The translations under genes and the position numbers were made by a program. Below are positions 44,960 through 52,312 of a stretch of 56,608 bases of DNA, one piece after another. The DNA comes from Deltaproteobacteria bacterium UBA4796 (GTDB lineage: Bacteria; Desulfobacterota; Syntrophorhabdia; Syntrophorhabdales; Syntrophorhabdaceae): the NCBI GenBank assembly GCA_002402795.1, contig DHGO01000123.1, positions 1 to 56,608 of the forward strand, in the 5' to 3' direction. The notes below the pieces were generated by a model that was not told the origin of the DNA, did not search any database, and saw nothing but the letters and a program-made list of their open reading frames with translations. Each line of letters starts with the position of its first letter. Position 1 is the stretch's first letter.

Positions 44960-45465
44960 TTGATATTAAAGTAGACGATAAAGGCGTAATCCAGCTTCTC
45001 AAGAGGCTTGAGCAGAAGATGGGGGATATGACGCCTGTGATGCGAGCCATAGCAGGAATCATGCATGATGCTGTCGAGCAGAATTTCGAGGAAGAGGGGC
45101 GCCCGAAGTGGAAACCTCTGTCGCCTGCCACCATTATGCAGCGTGAAAAGAAGGGCCATTGGCCAGGGAAGATTCTTCAGGCAAGCGGACAGCTTGCAAG
45201 TTCTATTAATTCGAGAGCAACGTCTAATTCTGCGATAGTGGGAACAAATAAGAAATATGCTGCAATACATCAGCTCGGAGGGAAGACAAAGGCACATATC
45301 ATCAAACCAAGGCATAAGGCAGCGCTCTTTTTCCCGGGGCTGAAGCACCCGGTAAAGTCTGTCAATCATCCCGGATCAAAAATCCCTGCAAGACCATTTT
45401 TAAAGCTCGATGATAGGGCTTTAGAGGCGATTAAAAGGGCGATTATGGAGTATATGGTGAAATAA
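44956..45465 (+). CDS. Mu gpG-like virion morphogenesis protein
   Basis: 169 aa, directly after the gpF-like gene with a 4-nt overlap. Confidence 0.55.
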   Translation: MIDIKVDDKGVIQLLKRLEQKMGDMTPVMRAIAGIMHDAVEQNFEEEGRPKWKPLSPATIMQREKKGHWPGKILQASGQLASSINSRATSNSAIVGTNKKYAAIHQLGGKTKAHIIKPRHKAALFFPGLKHPVKSVNHPGSKIPARPFLKLDDRALEAIKRAIMEYMVK

Positions 45466-45468
45466 AAA

Positions 45469-45488
45469 CCCCCGCCCGAAGGCGGGGG
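45469..45488. terminator. bidirectional intrinsic terminator between convergent operons
   Basis: CCCCCGCC-cgaa-GGCGGGGG: 8-bp GC stem. A-run on one side (a U-tract for minus-strand transcripts) and TT on the other. Confidence 0.65.
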
Positions 45489-45496
45489 TTGGCGGG

Positions 45497-45751
45497 TTAG
45501 GGGGTTGTACGTTGTGCGATTGCATCCGAGAGCATGTCTGAATAGCCTTTTATCTCATCAACTATATTTTCTATGAGCCAGCCTGTGCTTGAAATGGATT
45601 CAGCTGTCGGGTATATCGAGCTGTCCACAAGTTCGCCCTGGGACATGAGCAAGTCCGCAATGCCCTTCAGCCAATCAAGACGCATGTCTATTTCAGATAG
45701 CCAATCAAGGGGCACGTCTACTTTTGTATCCATCACTTTTGTATCCATCAC
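45497..45751 (-). CDS. hypothetical phage protein
   Basis: 84 aa, last ORF of the minus-strand early/middle transcription unit. Confidence 0.5.
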   Translation of the reverse strand: MMDTKVMDTKVDVPLDWLSEIDMRLDWLKGIADLLMSQGELVDSSIYPTAESISSTGWLIENIVDEIKGYSDMLSDAIAQRTTP

Positions 45752-46323
45752 AGTACCTCCCTGGGGATTGCAGGCAGATTCGTCCGTGCAGGTGGCACGA
45801 GGATGTCCCAGAGACCGGCCTTTTTAACCATATTCTCTGCCCTCTTAATCGTGTCTTTCGAGCAATCAAGGAGCTTGCCTACTTCCCATTGATAGAGGCC
45901 CCGCCTGCGGTACTTGATGAGTCTTTCTACCCAGTCCATGTTGCGTTTTTTGGAAAGCGAGTTTTGAAATTCAATGAGGGCAATGGCAGTCTCCTTGCGG
46001 ATAGCCTCCATCTTGCGCTGGCGGATGTCTTTGAGGAGACGGGCAACCTTCTGCCTGAACTCCTTTGCCTTTTCGGTGCGGGCAAGCATGGAGATGATAT
46101 AGATGCCTTCTTCGGTATAGTAGAAAGTCAAATTGACTTTCAGTCTATACGGCTCAATTTCATCAACATGCCTTTGGGCTATCTTATTAATAGATTCTTC
46201 TGGAAACTCATAGCCAAGCCCTCTCCCAATGTCTTCTGCTGTCAAACAGAACTCGCCTTGAATCTCGTGAAACCTGATTTCTCCATTCCCTTGAAACACC
46301 ATTGGTACTGCTGATTGTGCCAT
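45748..46323 (-). CDS. Bro-N/antirepressor-like DNA-binding protein, possible late activator
   Basis: N-terminal MVFQGNGEIRFHEIQGEFCLTAEDIGRGLGY (Bro-N-like) and a C-terminal HTH (YQWEVGKLLDCSKDTIKRAENMV). Sits where Mu has C, downstream of mor. Confidence 0.5.
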   Translation of the reverse strand: MAQSAVPMVFQGNGEIRFHEIQGEFCLTAEDIGRGLGYEFPEESINKIAQRHVDEIEPYRLKVNLTFYYTEEGIYIISMLARTEKAKEFRQKVARLLKDIRQRKMEAIRKETAIALIEFQNSLSKKRNMDWVERLIKYRRRGLYQWEVGKLLDCSKDTIKRAENMVKKAGLWDILVPPARTNLPAIPREVL

Positions 46324-46531
46324 GTGGCACCTCCTTGAATTTTAGTCTCCGGGCTTAACAAAAAGCCCAGGTGCGACCGTGGCTTCAAGGAGGCCACCCC
46401 CGTCCTTACGGTCCCGGGGACACCTGGGTTTTCACCAAATAAAAATTCCCCGAAATCAGGCTGGGGATAACCCCTTGAATACTGGTCATCTCCATTTTCC
46501 CCCATCCTGAAAAAAATGTCAAGAAAATTTT
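46324..46531 (-). promoter_or_regulatory. structured 208-nt leader: weak-(-10) promoter, terminator-like branched hairpin and anti-SD loop
   Basis: TTGACA (46522-46517) with GAAAAT 17 nt downstream. Stem CCCAGGTG/CACCTGGG (46428-46421 with 46373-46366) followed by CUUUUUGUU. The loop CCUCCUUGAA is complementary to the RBS UUCAAGGAGG of the next gene. Confidence 0.45.
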
Positions 46532-46849
46532 TCAAAATAATTTATCCTGCCTCGCTTCGACAGGGCTTAAATCGCTGACCGCATCATAGATAAATCGCTC
46601 TGAGACCTCCAGCAGCGAACAAAGTTCTTTAATATTCTTCCTGTTATAATGTTTTCTGATATATCGTTTCTTTGCCTCAGTCAATGGTTTTGTAGAGATA
46701 TAGAGGCTCATGGATGGAAAGTGCGTGAGAAGCGTAAGGAGTGTATCAAGCCCGCACCACTCGTACACAAGCTTCAAATCCCCGTCCAGCAGGTCTTCTA
46801 TCCCGACTTCCCTGACCCATTCCAATGAGTTCTTTTGTATCTCCTTCAT
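46532..46849 (-). CDS. mor: Mor-family transcription activator
   Basis: From the internal Met (GAGG RBS): MKEIQKNSLEWVREVG...KKRYIRKHYNRKNIKELCSLLEVSERFIYDAV, a Mor/C-type C-terminal HTH. The track start at 47047 overlaps the upstream gene. Confidence 0.65.
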   Translation of the reverse strand: MKEIQKNSLEWVREVGIEDLLDGDLKLVYEWCGLDTLLTLLTHFPSMSLYISTKPLTEAKKRYIRKHYNRKNIKELCSLLEVSERFIYDAVSDLSPVEARQDKLF

Positions 46850-46850
46850 T

Positions 46851-47234
46851 TTAGACCTCGTGACCTGCGGACTCTTTAAACTCCAATCTCCCCTGGTTAA
46901 ATATCTCTTCCAGCGTGAGTTTTTGCAGCTTCGCCGCCCGCACCAATATTGATATTCCTCTGTGCCGCAAGGACTTTGTTGCTTGCTCCACCTCTTCTTT
47001 GGTTTCGGGGATATAAAATCCAGGTGGATTTGATACAGCGCTCCCAATTAGAATATTATGGTCTAAAATAAGATGCCTGATGGTATTCCTTATCTGCACA
47101 TCATCATAGCCTGTGGATTCCGCAATCTGCCTGACAGATATTGCGTTGCTACGGCCATATTTCAAAAGCTGGTATATGCGGCGTTCCTCATAGTTCAGTT
47201 GTGGAGAAAAATTAAGTTCCATTTGCATCATCAA
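46851..47234 (-). CDS. hypothetical winged-helix-like early protein
   Basis: 127 aa. ISVRQIAESTGYDDVQIRNTIRHLI suggests an HTH. Confidence 0.5.
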   Translation of the reverse strand: MMMQMELNFSPQLNYEERRIYQLLKYGRSNAISVRQIAESTGYDDVQIRNTIRHLILDHNILIGSAVSNPPGFYIPETKEEVEQATKSLRHRGISILVRAAKLQKLTLEEIFNQGRLEFKESAGHEV

Positions 47235-47262
47235 TCTCCCATATGATTCGTCCTTTTCCCCT

Positions 47263-47532
47263 TTATGTGGAAAGTATTTTCCTTACAGAATAATTTCTCC
47301 CGTCTGCATCTTCTACTGCCTTAATAAGCGCATTATCTAAACATCCAATAATGGCTTGTCTCAATTTCATAGCTTTTATAGCTACTTTATTTCCGTTTTC
47401 GGCCTCCACCGCACATGGATTTGAGTAGCCACCGTCGGATTTAAGTACGCTTTTCGAGAGATAAAACCTCAAGAGGTCTGCTTCCTCTATGCCCATTTCT
47501 ATTATTACTGCCTCTGGTCGAATCTCTATCAT
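47263..47532 (-). CDS. hypothetical early protein
   Basis: 89-aa ORF in the early operon. Confidence 0.45.
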   Translation of the reverse strand: MIEIRPEAVIIEMGIEEADLLRFYLSKSVLKSDGGYSNPCAVEAENGNKVAIKAMKLRQAIIGCLDNALIKAVEDADGRNYSVRKILST

Positions 47533-47547
47533 ACCTTCCTCCCTTTT

Positions 47548-47916
47548 TTAAATTTCTTTACGATATTTTCTATTATATTCAAGGTCGTACTCCTTCTTCG
47601 CAATTACCCTGCAAATAAGGCAGCGTCTTGCCCGTGTCCATGCCTCGAATAATTTTCCACATCTTTCACATGGACGCATGTTCCCCTTTGTCCCTTTGTG
47701 CCTCTCTCCCTTTGTGCCTTTGTGCCTCTGTGCCTCTGTATCTTTATTCTCTTCATCTTCCATTCCCATTTTCCTCTTTATCCCTTTATACATCCTGAAT
47801 CCGCATGTAACACAGGCAATAGCTTCGGTCCCGTTTTGCCTGTCATCGTCTCGGCACAGGCTTGTGCTACCGCATTTAGGGCAGGTGATGTTTGGTGATT
47901 TTTCTTTTACCATCAT
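47548..47916 (-). CDS. double zinc-ribbon early protein with octamer-repeat-encoded insert
   Basis: CPKCGS...CVTCG and CERCGK...CLIC, separated by DTEAQRHKGTKGERHKGTKG, which is encoded by the octamer repeats. Confidence 0.55.
   Translation of the reverse strand: MMVKEKSPNITCPKCGSTSLCRDDDRQNGTEAIACVTCGFRMYKGIKRKMGMEDEENKDTEAQRHKGTKGERHKGTKGNMRPCERCGKLFEAWTRARRCLICRVIAKKEYDLEYNRKYRKEI
47687..47738. repeat. octamer-family tandem repeat inside a phage gene
   Basis: TTTGTCCC TTTGTGCC TCTCTCCC TTTGTGCC TTTGTGCC TCTGTGCC on the plus strand (reverse complement of GGCACARA). Confidence 0.85.
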
Positions 47917-48194
47917 ATCACATCAACAATAAATCTAAGCGCCATGGCCCCCACCTGGACAGCCTCTTTTTTCATCTTCTCCGTATCTCTCTTGGATGCT
48001 TTCCTCCATACCTCGGCCTTCAACTCGTCAAGCTCTTCGAGAATCACCGCATAGCCTTCGTGGGCTGAATGAAAGGTCCCGTTCGTCTCTGCCGCCCTAT
48101 CATATTCCCGGGCAATAAGGGCTAAGGCTGATTCCTTTTTGGCAAAATCCTCTAAAATAGTGCCCTCATAGGTCATCGACATCTTTTTTATCAT
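47913..48194 (-). CDS. hypothetical early protein
   Basis: 93-aa helical ORF with 4-nt overlaps on both sides. Confidence 0.5.
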   Translation of the reverse strand: MIKKMSMTYEGTILEDFAKKESALALIAREYDRAAETNGTFHSAHEGYAVILEELDELKAEVWRKASKRDTEKMKKEAVQVGAMALRFIVDVI

Positions 48195-48712
48195 GCTGCC
48201 TCCGCTTCTTCGTTGTCTTTGAGCAATGCCTCCACCAACTTATCCACTTCTGAATCCGTGGGCCTGATTATAATCACATCGCCTGTTTCTTCCACGGTAA
48301 CACCTATCTTTTTGAGGTCAGCCACAGATAGATTTGCCAGGGCTTTTTTAACTGGCTTTTCTATTCTTTTTATCAAAACTTCTTCCTGGTCGGGGAAGTG
48401 CTTTTTTATAAGACGCACAACCTGGTCATCGCTTTCCCATTCGATTCTACCTTTGCTTTTTTCGTAACCTACTTTAATCCCTGCAAAAATTACTGTCCTT
48501 GGCTTGACGAAAAGATCAGGACTTTCTTCAATTGCGCAGAATAGATTTGCCTTTTTTTCTTTTGCGATGCCGACCTGGCGCTTAATGGCTGGCAAATATT
48601 GGCGTTTTATCGTTTCAATCTTTGCCTCAAGCGTCCGAACAGTATTTGCCAGGCTGCTGCGTGCGTCTGCATATTCCTTTGTTAATTTTTCAATCTTTTC
48701 TAATGTTGCCAT
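48191..48712 (-). CDS. gam: Mu Gam-like host-nuclease inhibitor
   Basis: 173 aa. N-terminal coiled coil, then VKPRTVIFAGIKVGYEKSKGRIEW...VLIKRIEKPVKKALANL, parallel to Mu Gam as I recall it. Confidence 0.5.
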   Translation of the reverse strand: MATLEKIEKLTKEYADARSSLANTVRTLEAKIETIKRQYLPAIKRQVGIAKEKKANLFCAIEESPDLFVKPRTVIFAGIKVGYEKSKGRIEWESDDQVVRLIKKHFPDQEEVLIKRIEKPVKKALANLSVADLKKIGVTVEETGDVIIIRPTDSEVDKLVEALLKDNEEAEAA

Positions 48713-49031
48713 GATTTTCCTCCTTTTTTATTGTTTCTTGGGTCTTCAGCCATGTTTCAAGTTTTGTATCGAACATATCAGCAACACGGTTTTTTGTGGC
48801 TTCTTCCCCTAATGCAAGCCCGATATTCATATATGTTGTACTGCAACAGCGAGGACATGCCCGCTGTTCTACGCTAAAAATAGTTTCGCAATTCATGCAC
48901 AATACCCCTCTGTCAAGGGGGATTGCCTGTATATATTCATCTTCATTGTTGCCGTTTCCTGCCCATACAAATCTTCCAAAAAACCATGCAGCCAAAAAAC
49001 TTATTGTTAAACCTCCCATAATCCAACCCAT
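48690..49031 (-). CDS. small membrane/zinc-ribbon protein
   Basis: N-terminal TM plus CMNCE...CPRCC. I prefer the ATG at 49031 (GGAGG 5 nt upstream) over the track's GTG at 49037. Confidence 0.45.
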   Translation of the reverse strand: MGWIMGGLTISFLAAWFFGRFVWAGNGNNEDEYIQAIPLDRGVLCMNCETIFSVEQRACPRCCSTTYMNIGLALGEEATKNRVADMFDTKLETWLKTQETIKKEENHGNIRKD

Positions 49032-49070
49032 ATTCACCTCCTATAAATTTTTCGTTTCTTTGTTTTTGAC

Positions 49071-49105
49071 TCATCGCTCATCACTTGCCACTTATCACTC
49101 ACCAC
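49071..49105. repeat. heptamer-family repeat, 5 units, intergenic, stop-containing orientation
   Basis: The minus strand reads GTGGTGA GTGATAA GTGGCAA GTGATGA GCGATGA, just downstream of the GemA-like stop. Confidence 0.75.
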
Positions 49106-49113
49106 TGTAGTTC

Positions 49114-49578
49114 TCATATTGCCAGCCTCCTTCTTGTTGCCGGGTGCTCCTTCATCTCCTGAAGGGCCCGCATAATCTTCCTTGCCTGCCAGTCCTCAAG
49201 AAATCGTATATTTGAGACGTGAAAGAACCCATATATGAATTTATTGAGCGCCCTGAGCTTTGTTTCCTGGTCGGGTTGATAGGAGACATCGCACCACATC
49301 GCCTCAATCTTTCGGAGCTGTCTCGGCGATGCAAAGCCCTCTCTATCACCAAGGTCATCATATTTTGCTTTGTTGCCCTCGCTGTGCTTCCATTTGCCTG
49401 TTTTTTCAGCAATATAGCGCAGTCTTTGGATCATTACTTCTGCCTGTCCGTAGTTCAATTTCAGACATGTATCAACATCAAACCATCGCCTGAGCAACCC
49501 CCGGTAGTCCTCATCCGGCATCTTTAAGGCACCGGTTAATACGTGAATTAGCTTTTTTTGTCTATTATTAATCTCCAT
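49114..49578 (-). CDS. gemA: GemA / Mu gp16-like (DUF1018) protein
   Basis: NNRQKKLIHVLTGALKMPDEDYRGLLRRWFDVDTCLKLNYGQAEVMIQRL...ASPRQLRKIEAMW fits the DUF1018 pattern. Confidence 0.65.
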   Translation of the reverse strand: MEINNRQKKLIHVLTGALKMPDEDYRGLLRRWFDVDTCLKLNYGQAEVMIQRLRYIAEKTGKWKHSEGNKAKYDDLGDREGFASPRQLRKIEAMWCDVSYQPDQETKLRALNKFIYGFFHVSNIRFLEDWQARKIMRALQEMKEHPATRRRLAI

Positions 49579-50380
49579 TATAGCCCTGCCTTTTTCGCTT
49601 CTTGGTCCAGTTGTAAACGTTGGCCGGGGGAATACCCAGGATGTCGGCTATTCTGTTGGGCGTTATACCTTCTTCTGTCATTTTGAGTGCCCTTTCCCGA
49701 TTTTCCCTGTTGTGTGCGTGCACATAGCCGTCCCTTGGCTTTTCAAGGGGTTTGCCTGCTTTTAGTTTGTTGACCATGCGCCTAACTTTGGAATTGAGCT
49801 CTCCCTTGAGGCCCATAGCCTCACCGATTTCTATTCGCTTCGCCCTAATTCCACGCGTCCAGGGCTTGACATTGATGAGGGCGATTAGCGAGGCAGGGGG
49901 CTTCTCCATCGTACCCATAGCCAGAGCTACGATAAGATCGTTGCACCACAAAATAGCGGCGACCTTATGGGGGCTATTTGAAAAAAGAAGAACCTTCTGG
50001 TACCCGTAAGGAAGAGTAAAAAAACGCATTTTCATGAGCCGAGAAAACTTTCCATCAGTTTGAGAAACATGACATTCAGTTTGAGAAGTTTTTGAAGGAG
50101 ATGCAGGGACAAATTGTCCCAGCATCTCCTCGTCTTCCATCCCAACATCTTCACGCCTGAAGTAAACAATTGGCGCCTCGGCGAGAAAGGTATCCTGGTC
50201 GGTAAATTCTTTCTTATGGCGTTGATAGATTTTGTTTACCATAGATACCGGGTCTTTTGATTCGGGATTGATAGCTCGGCCCATTGTGAAGGAATCAACA
50301 GCCTCTATTTTGAAGCCCCCGTAAATATTCTCTTTTCTGTAAACTCCTATGGGTACGATATTATTCATCGTAATAGGCAT
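49568..50380 (-). CDS. hypothetical early protein with C-terminal HTH
   Basis: 270 aa with C-terminal GITPNRIADILGIPPANVYNWTKK. Confidence 0.5.
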   Translation of the reverse strand: MPITMNNIVPIGVYRKENIYGGFKIEAVDSFTMGRAINPESKDPVSMVNKIYQRHKKEFTDQDTFLAEAPIVYFRREDVGMEDEEMLGQFVPASPSKTSQTECHVSQTDGKFSRLMKMRFFTLPYGYQKVLLFSNSPHKVAAILWCNDLIVALAMGTMEKPPASLIALINVKPWTRGIRAKRIEIGEAMGLKGELNSKVRRMVNKLKAGKPLEKPRDGYVHAHNRENRERALKMTEEGITPNRIADILGIPPANVYNWTKKRKRQGYNGD

Positions 50381-50698
50381 TTAATGCCCCCTTAAAGAGC
50401 AGTTAAGACACATTTTATATAGCCTTAAGGTTTCTGGATTTCCCGCCTTCATGCCTATTTTCTTTGCAAGATTCCACTTCTCACCGCATTTTGTAGGGGT
50501 AATTTTACCAAGAATGGGGCAATTGATGCCGCCGTTTCCATAAATCTTTTTGATTCTCCTCAACATATTTTCAAGATTCCCTGGATATTTTTCGGAAACG
50601 AGCAGATTGACAGACGAAACACTAACCCCCAACTCAGATGCCACCTGCTTTATGCCCTTTGTCTCTATTTCTCTTTTTAATATCTCAATTTCATTCAT
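50381..50698 (-). CDS. HTH + Cys-rich early DNA-binding protein
   Basis: 105 aa with GIKQVASELGVSVSSVNLLV. Confidence 0.5.
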   Translation of the reverse strand: MNEIEILKREIETKGIKQVASELGVSVSSVNLLVSEKYPGNLENMLRRIKKIYGNGGINCPILGKITPTKCGEKWNLAKKIGMKAGNPETLRLYKMCLNCSLRGH

Positions 50699-51227
50699 CT
50701 TTTTCTCCCTCTATGCCTTTGTGCCTCTGTGCCTCAGTGCCTTTGCTCCTCTGTGCCTCTATGCCAATGGGCCTATCGGGCCCCGGATCCTTGATAAGTG
50801 CCCATACAACGCCTCTCCCGCCATGCCTCGACGGCTGTATATATCCTAATTTTCTGTAATGCTTTGTAAAAAAGGCAACGTTTTCAGGATGTTGATCGCA
50901 TATCGTAATGAGATCGTATCTTGTGAATCTTCTCATTGCCCTGATCGCCTTCCACATCTTGTCCCAACCGTTTTTTTCTGTCTTGCGCTTAACTTTCCAT
51001 AGCTCTTTTGTATTTCTGTATGTGATTTCTTTGCCTGGACGGCCCTTTTTGAAGGTTGGAGTGGCCCCCCCTTCTGCAAAGCGCACAATTGCGCCTTCTT
51101 TTTCAAGCTTCCAGAGGACATGGCGCACCCTGGAACGATTTTCTTTTACAATATCAGCGACCTGGCTCACTGTATAAATGCTTGTGCCAAACGATTTACA
51201 CGCCGCGATGATTTCTATTCTCATCAC
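50691..51227 (-). CDS. winged-helix early protein with octamer-repeat-encoded C-terminal tail
   Basis: 178 aa. The C-terminus IGIEAQRSKGTEAQRHKGIEGEKDE is encoded by the repeat tract. Confidence 0.5.
   Translation of the reverse strand: MMRIEIIAACKSFGTSIYTVSQVADIVKENRSRVRHVLWKLEKEGAIVRFAEGGATPTFKKGRPGKEITYRNTKELWKVKRKTEKNGWDKMWKAIRAMRRFTRYDLITICDQHPENVAFFTKHYRKLGYIQPSRHGGRGVVWALIKDPGPDRPIGIEAQRSKGTEAQRHKGIEGEKDE
50710..50765. repeat. octamer-family tandem repeat, 7 units, inside a phage gene
   Basis: TCTATGCC TTTGTGCC TCTGTGCC TCAGTGCC TTTGCTCC TCTGTGCC TCTATGCC. Confidence 0.9.
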
Positions 51228-51907
51228 TGCCTCTTTCCGTCCAGATGCGCCCTTGTAACTTCTTTCAGGCTATTGACCTTTGCAACTGCCTCTGCCCTGT
51301 ACATCCACACCACCACCCGTCTGAACCTGTTAGCCTGGCTATGGATATATGAAATGGCATCGTTATGGAGTTTTGTCTCACACATATTCTCTGCAATTAT
51401 CCTTACGTCCTCTTCGGTCAGTGGATGGAATCTGACTATTTCCGAAAACCTGTCATATAAATGCTTGAATCTCATTAGTTTTTTATCTGCCTGGTCCATG
51501 CCTATAAGCACCAGCGGGCTTCCTGTGGTATCATATAGGTCCCTCAGGGTCTCGATGATTTTTGCATCGTGAGCAAGATAGTCCGCCTCATCAATAAACA
51601 ATGCCCGTGGCCTTTCAAAGAGCTGTTCCACTGCCTGACGCCAGAGATCAGATGTTTTTCTCATGGGCGCCTCACCGAGCTCTGCTACAATCTCTTCAAG
51701 AAGCCACCGACCGGTCATCAGCTTTTTTGTCCTTACAAACACCCCATCGTTCTGAAGCCCCCACCATAAGGCGGTGCGGGTCTTGCCAACCCCTGGCTCG
51801 CCATATACAAGCGCCATGCCAGGGATTCCTTCCTCCCTCTTTTGTAGCCTTGACATGGCTGTAATAAAGGCGTTGACGTTACTCGTCTTTACAAATGTTC
51901 TTTTCAT
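51224..51907 (-). CDS. MuB-like AAA+ transposition ATPase
   Basis: Walker A GEPGVGKT and Walker B LFIDEADYL. Downstream of the transposase. Confidence 0.75.
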   Translation of the reverse strand: MKRTFVKTSNVNAFITAMSRLQKREEGIPGMALVYGEPGVGKTRTALWWGLQNDGVFVRTKKLMTGRWLLEEIVAELGEAPMRKTSDLWRQAVEQLFERPRALFIDEADYLAHDAKIIETLRDLYDTTGSPLVLIGMDQADKKLMRFKHLYDRFSEIVRFHPLTEEDVRIIAENMCETKLHNDAISYIHSQANRFRRVVVWMYRAEAVAKVNSLKEVTRAHLDGKRQ

Positions 51908-51916
51908 AATCCCTCC

Positions 51917-52312
51917 TCATTCATAAATTTCTTTGATATAGTCCAGCAAAACGAATTTGTTTGCTATCCTGTGATGAAAATGAAAAATTATGTGGGCAAA
52001 TATCCCGGCATTGATGCTCCCCTCCGCAACAACCCTGTTTTCAAAGAGAGTATAGTGTTCGATATATGGTTTGTGCCCTGGTTCATTTGTTATTTTTTTC
52101 AATATGTTATGCTCACGCGGGGTTAGATTATGAAGCCCGCAAATGCAGATGTAATTCTCAAAAAAATATGAGCGATAAAGGGGCATATCAATCTTTGGCA
52201 CCCCTATAAATGGAATATTTTGCTTATAAAAATTGATTATTTGAATGTCGATATTAGAATCAAAAGGATAGCTTTCTGCCTGCTTTATCTTTTCATATAT
52301 AGGGCTAAACAT
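51917..52312 (-). CDS. hypothetical AT-rich ORF inserted between transposase A and B
   Basis: 131 aa with a His-rich patch (FAHIIFHFHHRI). Visibly more AT-rich than the flanking genes. Overlaps the A stop by 8 nt. Confidence 0.5.
   Translation of the reverse strand: MFSPIYEKIKQAESYPFDSNIDIQIINFYKQNIPFIGVPKIDMPLYRSYFFENYICICGLHNLTPREHNILKKITNEPGHKPYIEHYTLFENRVVAEGSINAGIFAHIIFHFHHRIANKFVLLDYIKEIYE

Noticed and set aside
45721-45751. Tandem 15-bp duplication at the 5' end of ORF 45497-45751 (MDTKV MDTKV)
   Set aside because: A simple local duplication inside a hypothetical gene. I could attach no functional inference to it.
46366-46428. Branched hairpin in the mor-downstream leader as a tRNA-like gene
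   Set aside because: It has only two internal arms, loops of 12 and 9 nt, and no T-arm or anticodon-loop geometry. A regulatory leader or terminator explains it better.
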